DNA from: Octopus sinensis
Taxonomy: Eukaryota
Reading direction: 5' to 3'
DNA: 64,000 bases
NCBI RefSeq assembly: GCF_006345805.1
Contig: NC_042997.1
Span: forward strand, 40,052,001 to 40,116,000
The position numbers were made by a program, and so were the translations under genes. Positions 38,571 through 51,742 of the stretch are shown here, piece after piece. How positions within the stretch are numbered: position 1 is the stretch's first letter; every line of letters begins with the position of its first letter. The notes below the pieces were generated by a model, which was not told the origin of the DNA, made no database searches, and saw nothing but the letters and a program-made list of their open reading frames with translations.

Positions 38571-39727
38571 AGTACAGTGCTGTGACAATTCTGCCTTAAT
38601 AGTAGTAGTAATAGCGATAGTAATTCTCATTAGGTGCAAACGGCTCGCAAATAGTGTACAATAAAGTGTTACAATATATGTGGGTCTGAGCCAAGTTATA
38701 TCGAGAAATGAAAGAGGCTAAAGGGGATTATTTGCAGAACAGGTCTGTAGATTTAGAGGTTTGTTGGTTATTTACTCTAGAGGTTTAAGCTGGTTTTTAT
38801 CTCCGTAACTCCCTTCCTATGTGGTATTTGACAGATTCAACAAATCCTTAAATGTTTTTGCAAGTACTTAGTGTGTTTGATATTTAAGTGGAAATTTGGA
38901 ACTTTATCACTCCCTACACTTTTTTCCCTTTTTCGTATCGACGTTGAACTGATTTCTAGTTTGTTTTACCTAGTTTTTCAGGTGAAAAATCTATTGTGAT
39001 TAGTGTTCAACTGTTTGATTTGTTCAAAGAATCGTTGTCGCCTTTATATTGAAATATTCTTTGCAATTCAGCGAGAATTTCTTGGCCTAGAAGTATTTTT
39101 ATTTCAGGTACGCCCTTTTTGTTTTGTTGCGTCTTTCTGTAGTATTTGCCTTCCGTTCTATTCTATTCATTATTAAGGATCACGAGTTGTTTTCTTTAAC
39201 CTTCTTTCTCTGTATGTTTGCTTTTCACGTTGTCTACTTCATATGTGGCGTCCTTATATGAATAGTTTTTAGGAAATACTTTGTGATTAATGTGGCTCTT
39301 ACATCATTGTCCTGATAATATTGATATTCGCATCTACTTCCACTCAGTCTACGATGGCCAGATTTTCGTAATTTTTTGTTGTGTATATTTCTTTTCTTTT
39401 TTTGTTAAGTAAGGGTTTTCAATGATCCATAAGGATATCTATCGATTTTTATATTCTTCAGATATCTCCTCCTTTAGGTTACTGATATATTCAAAAGTTC
39501 CAACTGAAGAATGCTCTTTTCTTAAACCTTTTTTGTATTGCTTTTATACATATATTTTCTTTTGTATAGTTCTAGTTTTGCTTTTCTTGGTTAGTCCTCT
39601 GTAGATAATGCTGAGTTTTATTTTGATGTTAACTTTTATTATTTTTGTGTTTTTCATATGTTACGTCTAACTTTGTTATTTGCGTTCTCAAATTCCATAC
39701 CCTTAATATACAGATTCTATATTTTAA

Positions 39728-40121
39728 CTAGCAGTATCGTCCGGCGTTGCTCGGATTTGTAAGGGAAATAACTATATAAGCATTTTTAGAGAGTTATAGC
39801 CAAAAAATAGCAAAAAATGCATTAAAAATGGGGAAAAAATTATGGTAAATTTTTTTTAAATCGTTGACTCATCGTAGACATTTTAGAGAGTTACTTCCCT
39901 TATGTAATAGCGAAAGAAATGCATTAAAATGGAAAAAAAATATGGTAAATTTTTTTTTAAATCGTAGACTCATCGTAGACGCGCGCTAATACCCAGAAGG
40001 GCTCGATATGAATCACGACTATAAGATACCCGATTTTGGTTAAACTTCACCGCAAAATGTGGGAATAGTTAGGAATCTAAATCGTAGGAGACAGACACAA
40101 CTTGACTTTTATATATAAAGA
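39728..40121 (-). mobile_element. Non-autonomous Helitron (394 bp)
   Basis: Minus strand reads A|TCTTTATATATAAAAG ... CCGAGCAACGCCGG subterminal hairpin ... CTAG|T. Contains an internal ~100-bp tandem duplication. Confidence 0.85.
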
Positions 40122-40687
40122 TATACAGATTCTAATTTTGTCGTTTGCTTTTGTTCACTGTTTCTCAATTCGTTATGTAGTTTTCCTTTTAAATGTTCTA
40201 TTTCTATGCTTGGTATCACTTTGGACTTGAGAATGTATACTCTTAATTATCTTGTCTGTTTGGATCCACAGTTAGATTTATATGGTGATTATTTACTCGA
40301 CAGACATCATACATTTATTTTGTTTCGGGGAAAATATAGATATAAAATATACACGTTATATAATCGTATTTCACCTATGCTTATTTCTGTTACATACTTT
40401 ATACAATTTTCTGTTTTATTTTTCTGAACTTCAAGAGTAATATACACCTTTTAATACAGTTGGTCACCCTTTTACTTTTCAAGTATTGGCGTATTTCATT
40501 CTGGCGGAATCTGGAACTGTGTATGCTTAATTTTCGAGTTTTGTACGTACCAAACTTAAATTATACAGCCCCATTTTCCTGGTTGCGTTAATGATACAAA
40601 TTTCATTTGTATTGTTCGTCATATTTTTTCCTGTTTCTAATTGAATATGTCTTGTAATAATGTGTGTGTGTGTGTATATATATATAT

Positions 40688-41096
40688 AGCCGCAGGAGTG
40701 GCTGTGTGGTAAGTAGCTTGTTTACCAACCACATGGTTCCGGGTTCAGTCCCACTGCGTGGCACCTTGGGCAAGTGTCTTCTACTATAGCCTCGGGCCGA
40801 CCAATGCCTTGTGAGTGGATTTGGTAGACGGAAACTGAAAGAAGCCCGTCGTATATATGTATATATATGCGTGTGTGTGTTTGTGTGTCTGTGTTTGTCC
40901 CCCTAGCATTGCTTGACAACCGATGCTGGTGTGTTTATGTCCCTGTTACTTAGTGGTTCGGCAAAAGAGACCGATAGAATAAGTACTGGGCTTACAAAAG
41001 AATAAGTCCCGGTGTCGAGTTGCTCGATTAAAGGTGGTGCTCCAGCATGGCCGCAGTCAAATGACTGAAACAAGTAAAAGAGTAAAAGAGTAAAGA

Positions 41097-41097
<1 letters not shown>
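40688..41097 (+). mobile_element. SINE family B, full length
   Basis: CAGGAGTGGCTGTGTGGTAAG..GGTTCAGTCCC head, (GTAAAAGA)n tail. Confidence 0.94.
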
Positions 41098-41140
<43 letters not shown>

Positions 41141-41512
41141 TCACACACACTTATATATATATGTATGTGTGTGCGTGTGTGTGTGTGCGTATGTATGTAT
41201 CTTTTATCTCTTACGTGTTTCAGTCATTAAACTGCACCTATTCTAGGGCACCGCCTTGAAAACTTTTTGTGCCCACCAAACCGTGACGCCCAAGCCGAAC
41301 ACCAAATTCACTAAAGTATCGCGTTGAAAAAAGCGGGATAAATGTTAACCAAATTGGCGCATTCATCAAACCGTGACATCTAAGTCACATAATGATTGGC
41401 CAAAATACTGTTAGTAAGATTCGACCTGATGGAGCCCATGTAAGGGTACCTACAGGACAAATCTAGCCATTTCACTACAGTTATCAATTGTGGAACACGG
41501 CTCTCACTAAAT

Positions 41513-41550
41513 AAGCCTGATGTCTGCGCAGCGCATGAAAGTACTAGTTT
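41513..41550 (+). ncRNA. Degenerate minimal hammerhead-like motif
   Basis: AAGC-CTGATGT-C-TGCGCAGCGCA-T-GAAA-GTACT-A-GTTT. Palindromic AGTACT and stem I AAGC/GTTT are present, but core A9 is replaced. Confidence 0.4.
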
Positions 41551-41662
41551 ATTTCAATATCGTTAAATTCTAAAAACTGTAAATAAGAAAACGTGAACAT
41601 CAGACCAAGATGAAATTTAATTGATTAATATTTTCTTCTATGCCTAATTATACAAAGTCGGA

Positions 41663-41663
<1 letters not shown>

Positions 41664-41744
<81 letters not shown>

Positions 41745-41839
41745 ACCATATGGATGGGAAGCAAAATCCTTATTAGACAAGCACGCCTGATACATACATG
41801 CACACACACATGTATGTATGTACACACACACACACACAC

Positions 41840-41879
<40 letters not shown>

Positions 41880-41882
41880 GAA

Positions 41883-41944
<62 letters not shown>
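41664..41944. repeat. (CTAT)n, (CA)n, (TA)n and (GA)n microsatellite cluster
   Basis: Directly visible. Confidence 0.95.
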
Positions 41945-41951
<7 letters not shown>

Positions 41952-43201
41952 TGGTCAAAATACTAAAAACACCTAGCATCATAGCATCATAATTATGAAA
42001 TATCTATAAAACCGTCAAAAAGCTTGTTCATTTTTATGTTTTTTGATTTATTATTGGTGTTGCTTAATAATATGTTTTGCTGAAATTGCTGTTTCATTTT
42101 AGATATTATCAGAAAAAGATAATTACAATTCATTAAAATGACTATCGGACTTTCAGAGTTGTCAAATTGTTGGTGCTCGTATGGTAGGCGCTAATGTAAA
42201 CGAAAACAGCCGAAATGTTTGGTGTATCAAGAAGTACTGTCTCGAAAGTAATGGCAGTCTTTGAGAAAGAGGGAAAAACCTCCTCGTCGAAACAAAACTC
42301 GGAAGAAAAACAAAACTTTCAGTTAGGGACCGCCGGATTCTTACGCGAATTGTTAGAAAGGATCACAAAAATATAGCTCCCAAAATTACTGCAGAACTCA
42401 ATGACCATCTTGAGAATACAGTTTCCACATAATCTGTTCGCCGGGAGCTGCACAAAGCCAGATTTCACGGGAGGGCTGCAATCAGAAAACCACTACTTTC
42501 AAAAACAAACGTTTCAAAGCGTTTAGAGTGGAGTAAAAACCTACAGAATTAGTCCCTAGAGCAGTGGAAGAATGTTATTTTCTCGGACGAGTGATCCTTT
42601 ACTTTGTTTCCGACCACCGGCCGAGTATACGTGTGGAGACAGCCAAAAGAAGCATTTGACCATATTGCCTTTTTCCAACTGTTAAACATGGATATTCTGT
42701 AATATTCTAGTGGGGGGGGGTATATCTTGGAAATCCACTGGCCCAATGGTTTCCCTTCATGGCAGAATTAATAGTCAAGACTATTTAATCAGTTTATCTG
42801 ATGAAATTCATCCTATAGTTGCGGAACTGTTTCCAGAGTGAAACACAATCTTTCAGGATGATAATGCACCAATTCACACAGCTAAAGTTGTTAATGAATG
42901 GCACAAGGAACATTCTAGTGAAGTTGAACATCTTATCTGGTCACCACAGTCCCCAGATCTCAATATTATTGAACAGTTATGGTACATTTTAGACAAACAA
43001 GTAAGGAGTTGATATCCTCCATCATCATCACTACATGAACTGGAGACTGTTTTAGCTAAAGAATGGTCAGAAATTCCTTTGGAAATAATTCAAACTTGAT
43101 ACGAGTCCATACCTCGTAGAATTCAAGCTGTAATTACAGCCAAAGGCAGTCCTAATTTGTTTGAAATTGTAAGGTGTTTCCATTATTTTGTCCAACCCCT
43201 G
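41945..43201 (+). mobile_element. Tc1 DNA transposon with ~30-bp TIRs, degenerate
   Basis: Left end AGGGGTTGGTCAAAATACTAAAAACACCT, right end AGGTGTTTCCATTATTTTGTCCAACCCCTG followed by TA. Confidence 0.92.
42138..43155 (+). pseudogene. Tc1 DD34E transposase pseudogene
   Basis: LSDFQSCQIVGARMVGA, FGVSRSTVSKVM, NVIFSDE, FQDDNAPIH, WSPQSPDLNIIEQLW and SIPRRIQAVITAKG, with stops. Confidence 0.92.
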
Positions 43202-43225
43202 TATATCTTCTTCTTCTTCTTCTTC

Positions 43226-43279
<54 letters not shown>

Positions 43280-43305
43280 TATTATTATATTATTATTATT
43301 ATTAT

Positions 43306-43642
43306 TGAGTGAGAGAGCAGTTCATGCCATCAAAGTGACACTGGGGTAAAATATACGAAGCCCAATATACCCATCATGACTACCCGTCTGATAAAGGTAC
43401 ACCAGGCACATGCATCACAACCATATGTGCGCGACATGGTGATCTCATATCAAGATAAACAGCACATGACCTTGCAGGTGGGGCCCAGTTAGAATTTTCT
43501 TCTGGTCGAGTAGCCCATCCCGCTCAAAAGGTCCCCTGAATAAGGGTTGTTTAAGGATGTTGAAAGAACCACCCATGTTTCCAGAGATGAATCATTCAAA
43601 CCCCAAAGAATCCATCTCAACACATGGCTATGATGCTCCCCC
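43306..43642 (-). mobile_element. Family F element, 3' part
   Basis: Homologous to ~16585-16919. Followed on its own strand by (AAT)n at 43226-43306. Confidence 0.85.
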
Positions 43643-43644
43643 AG

Positions 43645-44041
43645 GCTATGATGTTGGATGTGCGCGATGCCTAGTAATGCTATTTTCTGTATGTTATATA
43701 CATTGTAAGACCTGGTGTTTTTGTTATGTATTTGTCTGAATGTCAATTTATCATACCTAGTGTACCTACTATAATAGGAATTGATTCGGTTTTTAGGTTC
43801 CACATTACCTGTATTTCCAGATCTTTGTATTTTGAAATTTTCTCCATTTCTTTTAGAGAAATATTGTTATCTGTTAGTATTTATACATCGATTCGAAAGC
43901 ATTTTTTCTTGGTGATCTCTGACAACTATATCCAGCCTATTGGCCTATTTCTTAATAGGTGTATGTTGGCATATCCCTAAGTATGGTTGCTTTCTCATTT
44001 TCTGTGACCTTTTCTGAGGTGTGCCTATAACATCTTTTTTC

Positions 44042-44043
<2 letters not shown>
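43645..44043 (-). pseudogene. R4/Dong-like LINE RLE fragment
   Basis: HTSEKVTENEKATILRDMP, ANRLDIVVRD, KYKDLEIQ and IQKIALLGIAHI. Confidence 0.85.
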
Positions 44044-44107
<64 letters not shown>

Positions 44108-44109
44108 CT

Positions 44110-45805
44110 TTTTTTCTTGATTATCATCATTGGTGTTATTTAGTTTTAATTTGAAGGTTAAGAGATGTCGAAATATAGCTGAAAGCTTGGCAAGGAGAAG
44201 TGACGAGGGCAGAAAAGAAAAACTTCCATACAACGCAAGCATTTAGATTGATAGGTATTTTCTAACGATGTAGGCAGCACCTGTCAGGACAATCTTTTTG
44301 ATTTCGTAGAGACAAGGCTCTTCTGAGATGTTGTCTAAATGTTCCTGGCAACCTTTTTTTTTTTATCATGTCAAGGGCACCTACAATAGCAAGATCAGTT
44401 TTTGCCCTAAGATTCTACATCTTTTGTACTTCAATCTCCAGTTTGACAAATTCCTTTACAGATATCTGTTTATCAGTGGGAACACTTACATCTATTATTC
44501 TGTAAGTATTTTCTTCTCAGTCTTTAATAATTATACCTGGTCGATAACCTTGATCGTTCTGTTAGTGTCGACTGGAAAATCTCAGAGGATGATGACATTT
44601 TTATCTTCAGTAAGCAGGAGTTCCGATTTTCTAGTCTTTACATATTTCCCAGTGTAAATACTGTTCAATTCTATCGTGACGCTTTTTGTATTTGTTTGGT
44701 ATTAGCACAGAACATCCCGAAACGAGATGGTCTAGTGTTTCGTCAAATGTGTCGCATAATCTGCATTTAGTGTCAGTACCGCTGTAGAGAACTTTAGCCT
44801 GGTAATTTCTGGTAAGCAAGCTTTGATCTTGTTCTGCCTCTATGAAGCCTTCAGCCTCTGCTTTCAATCTTGAACTTCTCAGCCACTGGTGGGTGGTTGT
44901 TTGGTCTACTGCATTTTGGTTTCGGAGTACGTATTGTCCATGTAGGGGCTTCTGGCTTCACCGCTTCTCAATTTGTTTCTGTCCGTTCTTTTTTGCAGTC
45001 TGCTTGATTTGTTTTGCTTGCTTGGTAGCAGTTGTTTCAGGCTCTTCATCTAACTCAGGGTTAGTGCCAAATTCTCTTTCGAATTTATAAGTTTCTTTGC
45101 CAATAGAATATGACATTTTGCTGCTTTCATGTTCGCACACAAGTCGCAGCACCCAGTCCTCTGTACTAGAAAAGTACTTGTTTATTTCTATAGTTGAGGT
45201 CAAATAGCACAGTTCAAATTGCATCATTCCTCTCCACCCCCTTTACTTCTAGGTAGGTACAGACAGTATACATCTGCCTTAGGGTGGTGCATGTTCTTGG
45301 ATATCAATAATTTTCTTGTCTTCCCGTCCAGCCGTTGGAGTTCCGTAGGATTCTAGTTAATGATGTTAAAACTGTACTGGACTACTAGAAATGCCAGGGA
45401 GTGTTAATGGTTTCAGTGCGATTTTTAGAGTTGAGTTTAGTCTTTTTTACAATTCCTTTCTTATTTTTTCTTTCATAGTAGCATGATGTATACCATTTCT
45501 TTCGTTTATTCGCAGGTATCTATAATTTTTTTGTGGGTCAAGTTCCTTGATGGTAATGTCGATATCTGATTTGATGGAAGCTATTTATCTTACAAAATTG
45601 CTTTAGCACACTCATCGAGACCAAAATCCATCCCGATGTCGTTGCTAACCTCTTTAACAATCGTTAACAGCCCTTCTAGTTCTTGGTAATTCCTTGCAAA
45701 TAGCTTCATATCGTCCATGTGAAAAAGATGGTTTATTTTATTAAAAATTTGGTACCCATATCTGGTGTTATCCAATTCGTATGAGAGTGGGATCAGTGCC
45801 TTGCA
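44110..45805 (-). pseudogene. R4/Dong-like LINE, ~1.7-kb 5'-truncated copy (RT C-terminal half, CCHC, RLE, 3'UTR)
   Basis: INHLFHMDDMKLFA..MDFGLDECAK, HPKADV..LYLPR, AEQDQSLLTRNY, CRLCDTFDETLDHLVSGC and RHDRIEQYLHWEIC. Ends at (TAA)n 44043-44107. Confidence 0.9.
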
Positions 45806-45814
45806 AAAAAAGGA

Positions 45815-45940
45815 TTAATCATGAGTCGTATTTTTATCGGGAGCTTTCGTTGCACTAGCGAGCGCAGCTCTGTGGGCCTTGGGTATGTGCTGTGGTTTGT
45901 TTTGGTGTTTACTTTACTGTATCGAAAGTGCTTTAGGTAG
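45815..45940 (-). mobile_element. Probable 3'UTR remnant of another R4/Dong-like LINE
   Basis: Minus strand reads LPKALSIQ*, comparable to LRKTLSM*, then a UTR with CACATACCCAAGGCCCACAGAGCTGCGCTC. Confidence 0.5.
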
Positions 45941-45975
45941 AATAGATTCTGTTGAATGAGGATTGCATTAGGCTA

Positions 45976-46360
45976 CTCTCTTTTACTTGTTTCTGTCATT
46001 TTGACTGCGGCCATGCTGGAGCACCGCCTTTAGTCGAGCAAATCGACCCCGGGACTTATTCTTTGTAAGCCTAGTACTTATTCTATCGGTCTCTTTTTGC
46101 CGAACCGCTAAGTGACGGGGACGTAAACACACCAGTATCGGTTGTCAAGCAATGCTAGGGGGACAAACACAGACACACAAACACACACATACACATATAT
46201 ATATATACATATATACGACAGGCTTCTTTCAGTTTCCATCTACCAAATCCACTCACAAGGCATTGGTCGGCCCGGGGCTATAGCAGAAGACACTTGCCCA
46301 AGATGCCACGCAGTGGGACTGAACCCGGAACCATGTGGTTGGTTAGCAAGCTACTTACCA
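45976..46360 (-). mobile_element. SINE family B
   Basis: Consensus match, slightly 5'-truncated. Confidence 0.92.
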
Positions 46361-48313
46361 CTATTTTTCTTAGTATTTTTTGTGTTTCTCGGCAAAATAC
46401 GTTAATCTAGCTTGTATTAGTTCACATCACAGTCAAATATGAGATTTATATTATCTTAGAATATACCTACGATAGTCAAATGTGCTATCCGTGAAAATAA
46501 GTATTTCTTATATTTTCGTACTATGAAACCGTAGCGAAAGACCGGGCCCGAGGAGCCACTCAGTATTTACGATACATTTATTTACATGGCTTAAACAATG
46601 GAAAAAAAAACAGAAAGAAAAGAAAAAGCATACTATATAAAAGCTTTAATAACTTTCTGAATGACCAATACCATTTCTAATTCTTAAGCGCTCCATCAAT
46701 TTCTTTTTCGGTGAATTACATTTAATATTTGCGTTTTATGAGTGATTGTTTGAAGTCGGACAATGACTTAGATGGGGGCGTATTTATTATTACTAATTGG
46801 TATTTACTAATAAATGAAATATTTAGAGGTTCTTAGTTTAAGTATTTGCCATAGTTTATTGATGAGAGGACATTGAAACATTTGTAGTCGTATTATTTAT
46901 GATGCATATTTAAACCAATTTAAATGTCTTTTAAAACTCATCTGTTTTATACTTCAATAGGATGCTGTCGGTTTGATAATAATATAACAGTTTTCATAGT
47001 TTCAGTAAAATATTAACAAATATTTCTCCAAGTAGAAATATGTTACATTAGGTTACAAACTACTTCAATCGAAAAAAAAAACTGTCCGTTTTTTATAGGA
47101 AAACACGCGTACCTCGTTAATCCGTCGGTCATTTAATCATATGATCATGATAAAATGATTTTACATTATTTATTTATTTGCTTCATTTTGGTATTACGCT
47201 ACACAAACGTTACACATATTGACATTATACCAAAATGGACTATATGCTAAATGAAAATAAAATAAGATAAAAATGTGAGAGAAAACCAAATATAGAGAGC
47301 CTCTTAAATACAACTCATTAATTCTTCTATCTAATAATTAGGAAAATTTCCCTTGTGTTCAACTAAGACTATTAAATTTGTTTTAGCATTTCAACATAAC
47401 TGTACATCAGAAATATTATTGTCGTAAGGCTTCAGGTATTATCCCACACAAAAGTTTTCAATTGTCCATTCACTTTTATAGCTTTAATATCAACATTTAC
47501 AAAGTATCTATCGCCAAAATTAATCTAGGAACTAATTAGTTTTTGGTTTGGAACTGTTAGGAAAATGTTTATGGTTCATACGACATATAGGAAAAAAATC
47601 TTAAGTCGGTATTTATTTTTCATTGTTTCTAGAGAACTAATTATTGAAACTGATACACATTAACTTTCTCAATAAAAGATTTCTTGTTTTTCTTTTCTTT
47701 CCTTATTGGTTGTTTCGTTTATTGTCACTGTCTTATTCAACTATCATGTATTTTAAGCCCATCTTTCTATGTGCAAATTAATTTTCCAAACTTTCATTTC
47801 ATGATATTTATAGGTTAAATAATTGAATCAATCAACATATAAGAAATTGCTAGTATGACATAATGACGTGTTATAAAATTTGAACACTTTTTTTTAAGAA
47901 AGAGAATACCGATCTTTATATTGAACATGATAGATTTAAAATTAAAAATATCTTTTACGGCAGAAACAGTGGCAAACGAAAATATGTGAACGGTGACATG
48001 TTTATATTCTTTTAAAATATTCTACTAACAAACCCCAAAAAGTACTTTTGTTTTTAGCATAGTGAAATATTTCGAGAATTGTTTCAGCACTTTAGATTGT
48101 AAAGCTTCAGATATTGTTTTACCATATGTGTCATTATATACACATTGAAAATTTATATTTCTTTTAGTTGTGTTACATCAATGGATTGCTGGAGAAATTG
48201 GGAACTTATTCACTTATTCACGTTCATATTTTCTTTATATATTAATACAAACACTGTTTAAAAATGGTATCATATTTACTGCTCAGTTTTCGTTAGTGTA
48301 CCAAAGAAATGTT

Positions 48314-48411
<98 letters not shown>

Positions 48412-48454
48412 GTCTGTATGTATGTCTGTCTGTCTGTCTGTTTGTGTATACACA

Positions 48455-48645
48455 CATGTGAATCGTTGGCAATTTTTTTTCCTCCGTTTTCCTTTTCTAT
48501 TGGACTTTCCTCTGTTTCTGAAGAAGAGCTTTACTCCAAACGTTAAACCATCTTTCTTTCCTTCCCTGATCGTCTGTTAATACCTCACATGCACCATGTC
48601 TTCGCGTTGTTGTTTTTTTGTGTTTGTTCTTGGTTTTTAAAATTT
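48455..48645 (+). mobile_element. Second copy of the Penelope-like hammerhead repeat (degenerate)
   Basis: Aligns with 12126-12338. Motif GTTT-CTGAAGA-AGAGCTTTACTC-CAAACGTTA-AAC at 48514-48548. Confidence 0.7.
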
Positions 48646-48660
48646 ACATATATATATATA

Positions 48661-48871
48661 TCTACTATATATTTGTGAAATGGACGGACGTTGTCTCACA
48701 AGCAGTTGTGCAGGCAAAATTGTTAGTAAATGTGGTCGGATTGGCATGAAAATTTGCACACCTATGTTAAAAGTGCTGGAGAGTTTGTTCAATTGAAAGG
48801 CGTGGCAAAAAATTCTCCATTTTTAAAATCTGGTCCAAGTAGACACGAATGAAATCGGGTTATAATACTAG
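48661..48871 (+). mobile_element. Short non-autonomous Helitron
   Basis: A|TCTACTATATA ... imperfect hairpin ACACGAATGAAATCGGGT ... CTAG|T. Confidence 0.65.
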
Positions 48872-48885
48872 TATATATATATAAT

Positions 48886-49097
48886 ACTCTTTTACTCTTT
48901 TACTTGTTTCAGTCATTTGACTGCGGCCATGTTGGAGCACCGCCTTTAGTCGAGCAAATCGACCCCGGTACTTATTCTTTGTAAGCCCAGTACTTATTCT
49001 ATCGGTCTCTTTTTAGCCGAACCGCTAAGTGACGGGGACGTAAACACACCAGCATCGGTTGTCAAGCAATGCTAGGGGGACAAACACAGACACACAA

Positions 49098-49146
<49 letters not shown>

Positions 49147-49316
49147 GCATATATACGACAGGCTTCTTTCAGTTTCCGTCTACCAAATCCACTCACAAGA
49201 CATTGGTCGGCCCGGGGCTATAGCAGAAGACACTTGCCCAAAATGCCACGCAGTGGGACTGAACCCGGAACCATGTGATTGGTTAGCAAGCTACTTACCA
49301 CACAGCCACTTCTGTG

Positions 49317-49318
<2 letters not shown>
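48886..49318 (-). mobile_element. SINE family B, full length
   Basis: Consensus match. Confidence 0.93.
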
Positions 49319-49375
<57 letters not shown>

Positions 49376-49416
49376 TATAAATATATGCATATATACATAC
49401 ATATATATATATATAC

Positions 49417-49442
<26 letters not shown>

Positions 49443-49452
<10 letters not shown>

Positions 49453-49820
49453 GCATATATGGCTACAGGACATAAAAAAAAACGTTGAACACAATGAGAA
49501 ACGAAAACATAAAAACAAAAACATAGAAACAAACTTTTTTCGAACATCGAAGAAAAAAACAAACAGAAAAACGAGACATACAACACAAAGAATATTCCCC
49601 TTCTTCAGTTGTTCCTGTGTCAATTACTCCACGTTTCGAAAACAGAGACAACTGAAGAAGGGGAATATTCTTTGTGTTGTATGTTTCGTTTCTCTGTTTG
49701 TTTGTTTTTTTTTTTCGATGTTCGATAAAAAGTTCGTTTCTATGCTTTTGTTTTTATGTTTTCGTTTCTCATTGTGTTCAACGTTTTTTTCATGTCCTGC
49801 ACCCATATATGCATGTATAT
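49443..49820. repeat. Foldback palindrome with ~175-bp arms and ~23-bp spacer, within (TA)n
   Basis: 49443-49618 is the reverse complement of 49642-49820. The ORF track shows the same peptide on both strands. Confidence 0.95.
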
Positions 49821-49825
49821 ATATA

Positions 49826-49870
<45 letters not shown>

Positions 49871-49933
49871 CATATATATATATGTAGGTATGTACATATA
49901 TGTATGTATATATGCATCCTTTTCCAAGAAAGT

Positions 49934-49967
<34 letters not shown>

Positions 49968-50278
49968 ATACACATGTTTGTGTGTGTGCACGTGCGTGTA
50001 AAAATGCTATAAATAAACAGTAAAATTATTAAAGAAAATAATCAGTGGGTTGTATTTCTAATTTTAGAGATTTTACAGCCAAGTTTTTTTTAATGTTCAA
50101 AAACGTTTATTATAAGTGCTCTTTATAGATAACATATAGATAACTCGTATTTAATAATTTGAAATAAACGTATTGCAAGAAGCAACTTAATATTCAGTAT
50201 GAACGTAAGCGACATATATTTCAGAATATTATTTAATGTCACAGTGGATAATGTAAGATTATCAGCATTAGATTATCA

Positions 50279-50449
50279 GGCGTAGGAGTGGCTGTGTAGT
50301 AAGTAGCTTGCTTACGAACCACATGGTTCTGGATTCAGTCCCACTGCGTGGCACCTTGGGCAAGTGTCTTCTACTATAGCCTCGGGCCGACCAAAGCCTT
50401 GTGAGTGGATTTGGTAGACGGAAACTGAAAGAATCCCGTCGTCTATATG

Positions 50450-50485
<36 letters not shown>

Positions 50486-50696
50486 CGTGTGTATACGTTT
50501 GTGTGTCTGTTTTTGTCCCCCAACATCGCTTGTCAACCGATGGTAGTGTGTTTACGTCCCCGTAACTTAGCGGCTCAAAAGAGACCGATAGAATAAGTAC
50601 TAGGCTTACAAAAAATAAGTCCTGAGGGCGATTTGCTCGACTAAAAAGCGGTGCTCCAGCATGGCCACAGTCACATGACTGAAACAAGTAAAAGAG
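50279..50696 (+). mobile_element. SINE family B, full length
   Basis: Consensus match. Possible TSD AGATTAT. Confidence 0.92.
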
Positions 50697-51742
50697 ATTA
50701 TTATTGCAAAGGATTAAGACTTGTAATGAAATTAAAATGATTTAACATACATCAACCCACGCTATTTCCATGGTTAGAAAGAGGTTAGACATCTGATTTG
50801 GCATGGCTTCAGTTTATACCTGCTCAACAGAGATGAGGTCAAAACCACTACTGGCATTTCATTGTGTTTATGGTTTTAACACTTTATTGTACAAAACTTT
50901 AGTTCAATCAGCAATTGATAATAATTAACAGGTCATCTTGGAATGTTATATAAATCAATATGTTCTCCGTATCTCAACTGCGCTCCTTAGCCTTAAAGTG
51001 ACGTTCATGATTGGCATTCTCAGAGCCTTCTAAGCTTGTGAGGCAGTTATATTGCATGCATCAAATATCACAATGGATAAGATGTTGGCAGAAAACCTAT
51101 AAGCAATGAAGTTCAGCTATCCTGATTGCAATTTATTATGTTTTTAGAAAGGCACAATTATTTCTATATAACATCATACCTGTTGAAAAAGATACAATAT
51201 AATCTGGGAGTGATACAAATGAGACATTCATTTCTCAACTTCTCTATTCCATAGGTAAGCATTTGCTATTAAACGATTTTTGATATTAGAAAAACATTTT
51301 GATGAAATTACATTGCGATACATTAAATCCATCTAGAAAGCTTAAATTCGGTAGAGTAGGTCCTTACTAGCCAAGTAAACTTTTTCTTCAAATTTATTCA
51401 GTAAGCTGTTTGGCAATGAGTGACAAATATATTTAACTATGCATGTTGCTCTACTATTTATTCATAACATAAGAACAAGGCCTCACATTTGGTGGTGGTG
51501 GGGAAATTATTATCGAGTAAATCAACCACCGGTTCTGACTGATACTAGGATGAAAGACAAAGCCGAAATTAGTGGAATTTGAACTAAAAAAGTGAAGGGA
51601 TGTAACTAAATACCATAAAGTATTTTGTGTGAGGCTCTACTCTGTTTTCCAATCTACCATCCTTTTGTTGTTCTCATATTTTTAAGAATCAGAATCTACA
51701 GTTCTGCAAATGTATTAATGATATAATTAGTAGTCTATTTGA

